Below are positions 26,701 to 38,333 of a DNA stretch of 64,000 nt, piece by piece (position 1 is the first letter of the stretch; every line of letters begins with the position of its first letter). Both the position numbers and the translations under genes were made by a program. Source of the stretch: Bilabrum cf. latius (taxonomy: Eukaryota); contig OZ237739.1 in assembly GCA_965178125.1 (NCBI GenBank), forward strand, positions 682,001 to 746,000. Reading direction: 5' to 3'. The notes under the pieces were generated by a model that saw only the letters and a program-made list of their open reading frames with translations, ran no database searches and was not told the origin of the DNA.

Positions 26701-28867
26701 AACGAGTCGCGGAGGCAGAGAGCAGAGTCTTCCTGCCAGCTGGGATGGTGCCAGAGGCACGTTGCTTGGAACTAGGCCTGAGCTCGCCGCAGCTGGTTGG
26801 CAAGCTGCAGGAAGCGCTGCCTTTATTGGATCCGGCGCCGTGCCCGATTCCTAGGTAGGCAGCCTGCTGCTGGGAGCAGGTGCACGCGAGGACGACCTCG
26901 GGGCCACCGGAGTACAGTGGACGGAGACAGGGACGGTGTCCAGCAGCGGAATGGCCGCGCCGCTTTGGTTGATGGATTCTAGTGCTCCAACGATCCATGC
27001 TTCTGTGGCAGCGCCTGATGCTGACTTGGGATCCCGCGGCTCGAGCACGGGGGCCGGCGGCTTGCCTCCAAATAGCACTATGAAGGGCCCTCTCAGGACC
27101 GGCCGAGACGCCGCTGTGGTGCAAGTGAGGGTGGGCGTGGAATCTAACGATGATAGAATCGTGCTGGCGCTGGCGAAGGCAGTAGATTTCTTCTTCTCGC
27201 AACCTGCTTTGACCGCAAGGCTGTCGGCTGCGTTGCGTGGCGAACTTGGCTTGACGGGGCAAGACGTCGTCGCCAGTTCGGCTGCCTGGCTTGAGGATGG
27301 CGTGATGGCCCCAGCGCAGAGCAGTCGAAGGTTGCGGTCGTTATCAGATCCAAGGAGACAGAAAAGTGCTTCACCTACACGCAGCAGGAGGCTTCAAGCC
27401 ATCTCACAAGATATGGCGCTGCGGACAAGAGCTCCCGCTGTTGGGTCGGCTGGTGGAGTGGGTGCGGTATGGAGCGGTGGTGCTGGTAACTCGGGCTTCC
27501 GATAGCGTGCGAACCCCCTCTTTCGCGAACTGAATGATGATAGTGATGATGAGCGGTTGCTGTCCGACTGGGCTATCGTTGGAATTGTGACTGGATCGGC
27601 GCTGTTGCTAGCGTTCTGTGGCGTACTGTGCTGCTTGCAATCGCAGAAGAGTGCAGACGAAGAGGGGAAGGGTATCGTAGCTGTGGAGAAACGAAAACAG
27701 CAGCAGCACTCGGCAGGTGGCAAGCGGCGCAGTAACCACAGCCACAGGCACCATCATCAAGACCGCAGCGATTCCAAGCATAAAAGCACCCGCGGGTCAG
27801 CGGTGAAGCGGATTGCAGTCAAGTCGCTTGGTGGTGGTAGCCGTGATTCTGAAGCTGAGAGCAAGTCAATGGGCCGGTCGAACGGTGGCGCAAAAGGCAA
27901 GTCAAAGGTCAGGAAACTTGACTTGCATCGCGGGGCTAGTCCCGTGTTGCCCAGCGGGGGCAGCTCTGGCGGGCGAGGTACGCCCACCTTTCGCGGTGTG
28001 GAACCTCTCTCACCGATGAGAACGACTGGGAGTTCCAACAAGAGGGGCAAACGGCGCGGCTCGACCCACAGAGAGGAGCTAGAGGACCTGGACGAAGTCC
28101 TGAAGGGGGGAGGTAATCTAGAGTATTCTCGCGCTGGAATGGACGAAGAAGCCAGGAGCAAAAAGAAGAAGAGGAAAGGGGGCGCTGATGTGATGGAAAT
28201 CTTCCATGACGCCTAGGAGGAAGAGCGGCCGCCCGAGCTCGACGGCGCTGTTCCATTCGCTTAGTCTCCAACTCCGCGCGGTGGTCGCATTGAAGAAGAA
28301 GAGGAAGATATTGGGGATGACGAGTCCTCCCTCTCAGATCCAGATGAGACCACTTCGAAGCGTCTGCAAGTTGCAGCGCAGCACTTGGAACAGGAGCAGC
28401 GGTGGCAGCACCAGCAGCACCAACACCACTAGCCTGGCATGCAGCCAATGTAGCAGCAACCGATGCAGCAATTCAACGGGGGGTTTGGTGATATGCCTGG
28501 ACAGGCTGGAATCCCGGATACGTTGAAGTAGCAGCAGCAGGAAACGCCAGGAATGCAAGGCTTCGGATCAGCATATGGCGGGACTGGCGGAGGCTTCATG
28601 TCGGGCCCACAACCAGGCGGATTCTCGGGCGGTATGCAAGGCTACGGAGTTGATCCAAGCATGGGCATGGGTTCAAGCATGGGCATGTATGGCACTGGGT
28701 AGGTCCAGCCAATGTATGGCGGTGGCCCTGTCCCGGCCGGCATGCCTCAGGCTGGCGGTTGGGGAGGGGTGCCGCAGGCAAGTAGCAGCGGTCCAATGGC
28801 AGGCCAGCCGTAGTGGTAGGGCGATGGATATGGCCAGGGAATGCCCCCAATGGACGGCTTTGGCTAA
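20744..28867 (+). CDS. Very large (~2707 aa) type-I membrane protein: signal peptide, Cys-rich repeats, one TM helix, Gln/Gly/Met/Pro-rich cytoplasmic tail (TAG read as Gln)
   Basis: Single frame from ATG 20744 (MWCGNAGIIGVLTAILTSSTCS, signal-like) to TAA 28865-28867, interrupted only by TAG. Three to four C..DG.YC...C...Y..C..G units at ~24380-25050; TM WAIVGIVTGSALLLAFCGVLCCL at ~27570-27640; tail HQHH*PGMQPM*QQPMQQF. Confidence 0.75.
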
Positions 28868-29062
28868 GTACTATGCGCTCTTCGTTGGCTACTGACATGG
28901 GCATCCGCGAGTCTTCGTAGTTATCACCTAGGGCTGTCATTCATTCAGATGTATGCCACTCGGTTGTATCAAATAGCGTGGTATATTATATGCAAGCACA
29001 GTATTAAATGCACAAGAAGCAGGCAAACAAGCAACCAAGCCAAGCAGCTGGGCATCGCTGCG

Positions 29063-30889
29063 TCACCCTAGCGTCGGCTATCCACACTTGTACTCGCGAG
29101 GCAAAAGCGGCTTCAGCTGTGCGACAACGTCGGGGTGGTCTTGTAGCACGTCCGACATTTCGAACGGGTCGGCTGCAACATCGAAAAGTAGTTGAACCCA
29201 ACCGTTCTTGTCGGGCCTGTTCGGCACAGTGGTCGCAGCCCCAGGGCAGGAACCTCGGCAGCAGATGAACTTCCAGATCGGCGACGGCGTGCCATTCTCG
29301 CGCACCACGTTCAGATTGGTGGCCGTGGCATTCTCAGCCTGCACGACCATGCGCCAGTTGTACCCGCCGTTGGCGTCGCTCTACTCGCTGGTTACTGCAT
29401 CCGTGTTCCAGTCGCGCTCGGCATCTTTCCCAGAGGCGCCAAACGGCGTGCTCTGCAGCCCGCTGCTGACGTACGGTCGCACGCTCGGGCTGCTGCCCTC
29501 CAGCACAGGCCGAAGGGACCGTGACGTCATGCCCTCTGGCACGTCAACCCCAGCGTAGTCCAGGATTGTCGCCGCGATGTCCATCACTGTGGCGGGGGCG
29601 CGCACCGTAGCATTCTGCCGGATGCCGAGGCTGGGGGCGCGGAAGACCAGGGGCACGTGCGAGGACCCCTGGAAAGGCTTGGTCTTGCCGACGACACCGT
29701 GGTCCAGCAGCATCTCGCCGTGGTCGCTGGCGAATATGAAACTGCGATAGGGGAGAGGGGCGATCGCAAACTGGCAGACTGTAGCAGAAGGATGCACGCT
29801 ACGCACAGTGGAACAGTGTTCTAGTGTAGAGGGCAGTCGAGTGTACGACCCGCGCAGCTTCCACTGCGATGCGCGAATCAAGGCGCCCAACGAAACTCAC
29901 ACGGTGTTGTCGGCGACCTGCTGGCGGTGCACCTCTCCCATCACCGCAGCCATGGCTTCGTCAAGTCTCTCCATCTCAGCCGCGTAATCGCACCTGTTGG
30001 ACTTGCTCGTGGCTGGCTCTCCGGTGGGGACGCAGGTGATTGAGGCCGACCGGTGGGAACCGCTCTTCTTGTAGTCCACTGGACCAGGGAAGGTGCGGCC
30101 TGCCACCACCTTGGTTTGGTTAGTGGTTACCGAGAACGGAGGGTGCGGCCCCGGCCAGCTGATCCACAGGGCGAAAGGCTTGTCAGTGGGCCGTCGGCGC
30201 AGCAGCTCAAGGGCGTTCCGAGTGGTGAAATCATCTTCGTACACGAAGTCGTTGTAGCTGGTGGAGTCGCACAAGGGGTCCGATGGACCCTTGCGCAGGC
30301 AGGCGCGGTGGGGGCCCCAGGCAGACATCTCCGTGCCGTTCTCAAGAGAGACCGTCTGGTTGTCGAGCCAGAAGCCATAGGGCTCGTGCGGCGTCTGTGT
30401 CGAGATCACGTCGTCTTTCCCGCTGAATCGGATCCAGTCCTTGAAGCCGAGGGCTACTGCATTCGTATCGCCATTTGGACCTGGCTGAGTAGTCTTTGTG
30501 AGATCGTCTTTGCCCGTGGTTGCCGTGTGGTAATTTCCCGACTTGCTCAGCGCCTGGAAAAGGTTGGAGATATTCGTCGGCACATTCCCGCAGAAATTGC
30601 ATGGAGTACCAGCGCTATCATATTCACGACCAGTAACGATCGTTGCCCGACTAGGGGCGCACACTGGGGCGGCCGAGTACGCATTTGCGAACCAGGTCCC
30701 TTCGTTCATAAGACTCGTCAAGAACGGCATCTACAGCGGGATCGGGGCGCCATCATCGTTCGCACCCTTTGATTCAGGCATCCAGTCTCCGCGCCACTAG
30801 TCAGGAAACATGAACACGACGTTTGGCCGGCTGGGATCCGCTGACGCAAACGCAGAAGATGACCCTGCAATAAGGGCCAGCAGAATCAT
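29063..30889 (-). CDS. Secreted formylglycine-dependent sulfatase (choline-sulfatase/arylsulfatase-like, ~555 aa), 2 exons (29901-30889, 29063-29741)
   Basis: Signal peptide MILLALIAGSSSAFA; PNVVFMFPD*WRGD; CAPSR formylglycine motif; GKDDL; SWPGPHPPF. Splicing restores NTVFIFASDHGEMLLDHG; SHVPLVF; LFDVAADPFE. TGA at 29065-29063; 4 in-frame TAG. Confidence 0.9.
29742..29900 (-). other. Spliceosomal intron (159 nt) in the sulfatase gene
   Basis: GTGAGT...CTATCGCAG; removal deletes an in-frame TGA and rebuilds the conserved NTxxIFxSDHG motif. Confidence 0.85.
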
Positions 30890-31100
30890 GACGCGTCTCT
30901 TGTTGTCGATGCAGGTAAACTATATCAAAAAATCCCGCTCGAGACACGAAATATAGTATCAATTAGCCGTAGCTAGGCCGATTGCAGTGCACAAGTTCAC
31001 CTCTGCTCTTGTTCAGGTTCGTTGTAGTGGACCGAAGGTTCCTTCTGTGCGAAATTCAAAATTGCAGGCTCTGCTTTCATTGCCAACTTGTGGTAGGAAG

Positions 31101-34100
31101 ATGCAATCGTAGAAAGTGAGATATATTTCCCAGCAATTAAATACAAGCATTTATTGCGTTTCAATCGCGCAGTGGTGCGGAAATCATTCGTTAATCGAGA
31201 GAAATTGAATTTCATTCAAACGCAGGCAAAGGGGGGTGCTGCGACGTTGCGCAGCTTCTTTACCCCCACCGTAAAGGATGGCAGCGGTTCCTCCAAGAAT
31301 GCTAGTTCAGCAAGTGGCTCTGCGGCAGCAAAAACGGAAAAATTCACGGCGTCCAAGCCTGAAGCCAAAGCTGCGCTACCCTCTGCCGTGCTGTCAACTC
31401 ACGGCTCCGCGCAAGAAGACGGCAAAGCAAGAGCGAGCGTATCGTCATAGGGTGATAAGAATGATATCGAAAGTCCTGCTGTAAATTTGAGTTCGAGACT
31501 TGATGAAAGTGCGGGAAGCGTTGCTCCTGGCACTGGATCCGCAAAGCCAGTCCAGGTTGTCTTGGACGACGACGATGAGGAGGAGGAGGGGAATGCCAGC
31601 GGACTGGCAAGCAAATCCTAGCAGTCGAAAACCTCCCGCGGTGGCCCCAGCGCTGCGGAGCAGGAATCGTCCACGGTCTCACAAGCCGGCACCGGCGCTG
31701 TAGCCGCCATCGCGGGCCAAAAGCGACCGAGGCCAGACTTAGGTTTAGAGGCCAGCAACAGCAACAGCACCAGCACTGGCTCCGCGAGCGGCCCGTCAAC
31801 CGAGCCAAGGGGCTCAGCTGCCGAAAGCAAGTCCCAGCCCGGCGACGCTGCTGCAGCTGCATCGGCAGCTCCTGCTGCCCCTGCTCCCCCGAAGAAGAAG
31901 CGCCGCACTGGCCCCGTAGAGCTGCTCCAGGCGGACGAGGACCTCGTGCTGCTCAAGGAGCAGCTCCTCGGTCCCTGCGCAGCCATGACGAAGAAGCAGA
32001 CGGCCAAGGCATTTGTGGAGGCATGGAAGGCCAAGCACGACAGCCAGGGTCCATCGGCTGCTGCTGCGGCAACCGAGGAGGGTGGCGATTCCAAGGGGAA
32101 CAGCAAGGGGAAGAAGAAAGCGGGCCCCAAGGGTCACCAGGCACCATCTCTGGTACGCGTGTCTGCCACCATCGCGGCGATCGCGACCCGAAAGAGAGGC
32201 AAAGGAGCTGTGTGGGAGCTGGTGGCAGGCTAGGGCGATAGCGTCAGCGCAGGGGCGGAATCCGCGGCAAACGTGCCTGCAGCCGATGATGGCGCCCCTG
32301 CACCAGCTGCAGGCTCGGCAACTGCCTCCTAGTCGAAGGCGATGGAGGCAGTGGCAGCAACGGCGGGTAGCGAGGCTGCTGCTGGCGCTGGCGCTGGCCA
32401 GGCTGCGATGGAGGACGGGGAGGAGGCTGGCGCACCACCGAGCGCGGCGTCTTCATCCGTCGCATCATCCGCTGCCAGCGGTGCCAGTGCCTCGGCCGCA
32501 TAGCCCGAGGCATAGCCTGCGGCTGCAGGGGCTCCCAAGGCGGAAGAGGCTGTCACCGGGTGGCGCAAGACCATCCTGGACGCAGCGCAGTCAGCAAAGT
32601 CGAACATCGCCGGGCAGCGCGATGGCGCGCTTGGAGTGGACCGCGAGTCCGGCCTGAACTTCGTGGGCCAGGCACTCATGAGCGAGACTGACGGCAGCGG
32701 TGGTACCTCTGTGTCTGACGCTCTCCGGCCCTTCATGGCACTGGCGAGGGCTCGCCTGGGCGAGGCGCGTTCCGAGCTGGCAGCCCAGGGCGCTGCCGCT
32801 GTTGGTGATAGCCTCGAGCGTGGTGACGAAGCCGCTGCAGCTGCAGGCACCGGCGGCGGCACTACGCCGGTCGCGACGGACGGATCGCAATCGGACTCGC
32901 TGCCATCTGGGCTAGACTCGATCGAGCGGATGGCCAAGGAGATCGCAGCTCTAGGAGACAGCGGCTCGAGTGACAGCGGGGCCAGTAGTGGAGACGATGC
33001 AGCGGCTAAGGACAAGGCAGGCGCGCCAGCACCAGCACCATCGTCGTCATCGACCGATGCGCTGGGATCGGCTGCCAGCAGCAGCGCAGATTCAGCGCCG
33101 GTCAGCGCGGCACCCAGCCCGAGCGCTGTCGGCAAGCTCGCGGCCATCGTGGTGCACGGCAGCTTTGCCACCCTGTCTGCAGCCGCAAGGACGCTGTGCG
33201 CCGTGGTGGGACCATCTGGCAGCAGCAGCAGCAGCAGCAGCAGCGGTAGTGGCGTTCCCGAAGAGCAGCTCCTCACGGAAGTTGCAGCAAAAGCAGCCAT
33301 CACGGATGTTCTCCGCAGGGTGCACTACTCCAGCCGTTCCCGCAGCGACGAGGTGGATGAGGAGCTGGCGCGGTGGTGCATCAAGACGGAGCACAAGGAC
33401 CTCGTGGAGGGCCAGGAGCCGCCTAGTGAGGAGGACGACGAGGCGGCATTCGGTGCGAACTCGGCGGCCACGGCGTCCTCTGGCGCGTCCGAGTCTGCCA
33501 GCGGCAAGTCTGGGAAGGGCGACAAGGCCAAGCGGCAGCGCCTGCAGCTGAGGCAGCTGGATGCCATCCTGGGGCACCACGTCCCCGTCCTCAAGGCGCT
33601 GGGCGCCGCTTTTCGGCAGTGCAGGGAGATCGAAGCGACGATGACCGACAAGAAGAAGGCAGACAAGGCGGGGTCCAAGGTGCGAGAGATGCTGTCCAAG
33701 CTGAAGGAAGCCGTGGGTGCCTTCGAGGCCGCGCACAAGGCGGCCCAAGAGAAGGAGCACGCTGCCGACCAGAGGGCCCGGGCACAGGCAGAGGCGGCTG
33801 AGAAGAAGAGGAGGGAGCGGGAAGCCGCCAAGGCCGAGAAAGAGGCGGCCAAGGCCAGGGCCAGGGAGGCCAAGGAGGCCGAGAAGGCCGCAAAGCTCTA
33901 GGCTCGGGAGGACAAGAAGAAGGAGGCCGAGGCCGCCAAGCGCGCGGCCAAGGAATAGAAGCAAGTGGCCAAGGTGGAGAAGAAGCTCAAGAAGAAGGGC
34001 GTCTCTCTCAAGGAGGCCGGCTTCTTCATGTCGTGGGCGGGTAAGTCTGGCGCGCAGGATGCTGTGGCATCGGCCGACTCGCCACTGAAGGCAGCGGCGG

Positions 34101-37100
34101 CCGCCGGTCTCGTCAAGCCCGCGACTTCCAGTGCGGCTGCTTCTGCTTCGAGCGGCAGCGGCGAGGCATCCGCCTCATCAGCCGGGTCCCCACTGCGTCC
34201 GCAGCCGCAGGCGAACAGGGCCAAGGAGCCCACAGAGGCCGAGCTGAAGGCGCTCCGAGAGAAGGAGCAGGCGCGCAAGGAGCGCGAAGATCGGATTGAT
34301 GCAGCACTGGGTCTGGCGCAACCTGCGGCCGGCGGCGCAGCACAGGCATCGTCGTCCTCTTCCTCGTCATCATAGTCCTCGTCCGCCGCCTCCGGCTCCT
34401 AGGTTGCTGTGGACGTCCTCGCCGAGTTCCGCGCCAGGATGCAGGCCTGTGCCAGAGACCGCAAAGCCAAGGAGGCGGCTGGGCGGCGCCGGCTAGAGAT
34501 CTCGGTGAGGGAGCAGAAGGAGGCGAGGCAGGTGCTGCTGGCCAGCGCGGACTGGGCGCCCATCCTGGGCTCTTCGCGAGACACCGCGGCCAAGACGCCG
34601 GATACCAAGCTGTTCCACAGAGAGGTGGCTGCCATGGGGGTGGTGGGCTCACCGCCGCGCGGCAGGCACCGCGCGTCCCACGCAGAGCTGTCTTCCTCTG
34701 AGGTGGTCGCGCTGGAGGCAGCCATGGACCAGCGGGCCCAGCGGAGGGTGCGCGCTGAGCTGGGCGCCGCGCGCTGCATCTCGCTGGAGGAGCGCAGCCT
34801 GATGCCTCGCAAGTCTGACGATGGTGCGGGCAGCAGCCGCAAGCACATCGCGTACTTTGGCACCTTTTCCCGGCAGAGCGCCGTGGGTGGGCCGGTGGAC
34901 CAGCTCAAGGAGAGGATCCGAGCGATGATGCCGGTGGCCGCGCTTGGTCCCTCCGATGGGGAGGGCGCAGCGGAGCAGGACGAGGACGGAGTGGCCTTCG
35001 GTTTCGGTTTCGGACTCGGTGGTGACGCCGGGCTGGCTGCTGCGGACGCCAGCAGTGGCGGCAAGGTAGGCAGGTCGGCAGCGTCCGCAGCGTCCAAAGA
35101 GTCCGAGGCAGCGACCGGCCAGGCGGCCATGGAGGACGACGACGACGCTGCCGGCGGCGGTGTCGTGGTGGAGGGCTTCGGTCTGGAAGACGCGGAGGGC
35201 GACGTCATCGAGGGCTTTGGCTTGGACGATCTCGAGGGAGGGGAGGACGATGGGGACAAGCCTTCCACGGGCAGCGGCGGGGCCTCGGCAGAGGCCATCG
35301 AGTACGGGTTCGGCGGCGATGGCGTGGAGGAGGGCGAGGACGCTGCTGCAGGCGATGGCGGCGAGGGCGATGACGAGGAAGAGGACCTCGAGGAGCTCGG
35401 GCTGGAGGGCAGGGTAGAGCAGAGCAGGCGGCTTACGGGCCGCGCCCCCTGCGTGAGGGACTGGTCTCTGTTTGACTACGCCGTGGACGAGATGGAGGAC
35501 GGGGTGGGCGATGGGGACGAGCAGGGTGACCTCGTGGATGGCGACGGCGGTGAGGAAGAGGAGGAGGAGGACGTGGATGAGGAGGAGGAGGGTGAGGGTG
35601 CCGTGTTTATGGTGGACGATGACTGCGTGGAGTATGAGGAGGACGAAGCCGGCGACAACAGCGGCGTCGCCGAGGGCACATCCCAGGACGCCGCATCGGG
35701 AGCGGGCGCCTCTCTGGCTGCCACGGCTGACCCCATGGGGGGCAAGTCAAGCAAGCACGGCTCGCGCGCCTTTGACTCTGCGCAGGCCAGGCAGCAGGCC
35801 ATTCAGAAGCGCAGCGAGAAGGTCGTGGGCCCCGTGTGGTTCGATGCCAGCCTGTCCGCGCTAAGGGAGTCAGAGCAGGGCAGGGCGAGGTGGGCGGCCC
35901 TGTCAGACGAGGCGAGGGCACAGGCCAGGGAGGTCTTGCGGTTCGAAGCCATCCGACTCTGCGACACCCCGGTACGGTCTCAGGGCCTGGCCGACGCGGA
36001 GGCGGCGCTGGCCGAGGAGAAGAGGCGCGAGGAGGCAGAGGCGAGGTTCCAGCAGGAGTGCCGGGCCGCGGTGCAGGCGGCCCGGCGCGCCGCTGCCACT
36101 CGAGGCGCCGGGGAGCTAGAGGTCGCCGAAGCGGCCAAGATCGCGGAGGACCTTGCGCGCGCCAGAGGCACTGCTGCCAAGGCCGCCGCGAGCGGCGGCA
36201 GCGGAAGCGCGAGCCACGGCGACGGCATTGCAGGAGAGCAGGGTGAGGACCAGCTGCCCAAGATCCGGCAGCTCTCGGGGGACCAGCTGGTGTGCCTGGC
36301 GCGGGCCATGCACGGTTCTACCGCCAAGCGATCCGACATTGACGCGGCGGTCAAGGAGCTGTGCGAGCACGGCATGGAGGCCTCGTTCCAGGGACCCTTG
36401 CGCAGGGCCGCGCCGACCAGCCTGCCCAGCGGAGCCCCTGCTGGTGCTGCTGGTGCTGCTTCCGGTGCAGCAGCTGCAGGCATGCTCTCCACTCCCACGC
36501 TGGCATCTCTCCCTCCCGCCCCTGCCCCGCCAGCTGCAACGAAGCCGGCGGCATCGTCTTCCTCCTCATCCTCCTCTGCGGCGGCAGTTGCATCGGCGAC
36601 ATCGGTATCATCATCAACGCCGGCGGCGTCCGGTAGCGCAATCGCAGGCTTCTCTCCCGTCGCGCAAGCGCTCGTAGTATAGCAGCAGCAGCCTGCGGGC
36701 CAGGCCGTGCCTGCGGTGACCGGACCCAAGGTAGCAATCGTCACGCTGCAGGCATGCAAGAACGCCATGGATCGGATCAAGACGTCCAAGAAGAGGGCGG
36801 GCGCGTGGGTCGTCAGGGATGCGGTGTTGGACGGCCTCGGCCTTGGCGAGCTGAGAGCCAGGTTCGCGCCACCCGCACCTGCACCCGCACCGATACCGAC
36901 ACCGGCACTGGCGGTGCCTCAGGTTCCATCACAGGCCTTGCAAGCGGCCAGTGCGGGGGCCGTGCCGCCTCCCGCGGCTTCGGGTGCCGGCAAGGCTGTC
37001 CCGTCCTCGTCATCCTCCTCTTCGTCCTCGTCCGCAGTCGGAGCCGCAGCCGGAGCCGCTACCCCGACAGCCAGCACCCCCACACTGGGAAAGAAGCGGG

Positions 37101-38122
37101 CGCGAGTCGAGGCGGGGGCAGGGGCAGGGGCAGGGGTAGCGCCGGCCGCCGCTGCCACCGCTGGCACCGAGCAGGGCCAGCCCAGCAGCAAGAAGGCCAG
37201 ATCTGCCATGGCCGCGCCCGCAATGGTGCTGCCTCCGTCCCCCGGGTCCATCAAGTCGAGCGACCAGCTGGCGGCGCTGGCCGCCGCCGCCGCCACCGCG
37301 GGCACGAACGGGCCGGAGCTGGCGGCTCTGCTGTCGCAGGGCCAGGCTGCCTGCAAGGCCAGGCCGGGCCTCGGGGCTACCGTCCTGTCGGACTCCGGCG
37401 CGGAGCACCCCTTCCTGACCCTCGTGACGAGTGCGGTCTCCGGTGGAGCTGCTGTCGGGAATGAAGCGGTGCGGCAGGCGGGTGCCAAGGCCGGCATGTG
37501 GGTGCTGCGCGGCGCCACCGCCGGCGGCAGCAGCGGAGCTGGAGCGGGGAGCGGCGGCAGCTGGACGGCAGGGGCCACCAAGTTGGCCGGTGCCGCTTCG
37601 GCTGCCCTCCTGTCCCGGCCCGGGTGCCCCGCCCTGGCCCGACTCGCCTGCGAGGTGACGGGCGCGCTGGCCCGTGTGGGTGCCCCGGCGATTGCCGCGC
37701 TGCAGCATGCAGGCGTGCTGGCGCAGCTGGCCGGGGCCGTTGCCTCGAGCGGGGTCTGCGCCCAGCCCAAGGCCTGCTCGGTGAGCCGGCACGCCTGCGT
37801 GAACCTGCTTGGGTGCGAAGAGGCCGCGGCGGCGCTGGCCGCGGGCGGTTGCAACCGGTGCATCGAGGGGCTCGTCTCGTGCCTCCTGCTGGCGGCGGTG
37901 AGGCAGCAGCACGAGGAGGGCGAGGTAAGGGGGGAGCTCGTGCCCGCCGCCGAGACGCAGCCGGCGGTGGGAGTGCCCTCCGCCGCGGTGTTCTTCGCGG
38001 GGCATCTGGACCGGGTGCAGCAGCGGCCGTGGGGCAAGGAGGCCGTGGGGAAGCTGATGGCGTCCTTCGGGTGTCCCGACGGCGCCTCGGTCCGCGCGTC
38101 CGAGTGGATCGGGGGCGTCTGA
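31101..38122 (+). CDS. CHAF1A: Chromatin assembly factor 1 large subunit (p150/Cac1/FAS1)-like, expanded to ~2303 aa; exons 31101-31115 and 31226-38122 (TAG read as Gln)
   Basis: N-terminal PIP-like TLRSFF; NLS PPKKKRR; K/E/R coiled coil at ~33650-34000; AYFGTFSRQS ... GRAPCVRDWSLFDYAVDE followed by an acidic tract and FMVDDD (matches the CAF1A YYGTW / RxPFxxD / DYEVDS / FxVPD pattern); C-terminal winged-helix-like LARAMHGS...AWVVRDAVL. Single frame joined by TAG; TGA at 38120-38122. Confidence 0.7.
31116..31225 (+). other. Spliceosomal intron (110 nt, phase 0)
   Basis: GTGAGA...ACGCAG, AT-rich; joins ATG CAA TCG TAG AAA in frame to GCA AAG GGG. No in-frame ATG was seen near the start of exon 2. 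Confidence 0.7.
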
Positions 38123-38333
38123 ATGAACAAGGGGATATGGAGAGTATGCCACGATCCTAGGCCTGTCACTTTGAAGTAAGGTGCGCAAGTACACGAATGT
38201 CCGATTTTCCAGCTTGCTGCGACCACCACGCCGAACGGAACCAGGAACCGCGGCGCCGGTCGCAGCGCGATCTGCCTCTTCTCGCACTGACGCACCCTTC
38301 CGGGCTTCCGCTCGCCCCCTGTCCCTCGTTCTA

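Noticed and set aside
34355-34402. TAG might encode Ser (TAG inside a poly-Ser run), or Leu/Glu/Tyr/pyrrolysine
   Set aside because: This is one low-complexity case, explainable as a TCG>TAG change. All informative conserved positions (IQ, DQxR, IPxQ, poly-Q) indicate Gln, and no pyrrolysine machinery is visible.
12-38122. Genes are pseudogenes or contain sequencing errors (many premature stops)
   Set aside because: The interruptions are exclusively TAG, with no frameshifts, TAA or TGA over tens of kb, and catalytic and structural motifs are intact. Decay or error would not be codon-specific.
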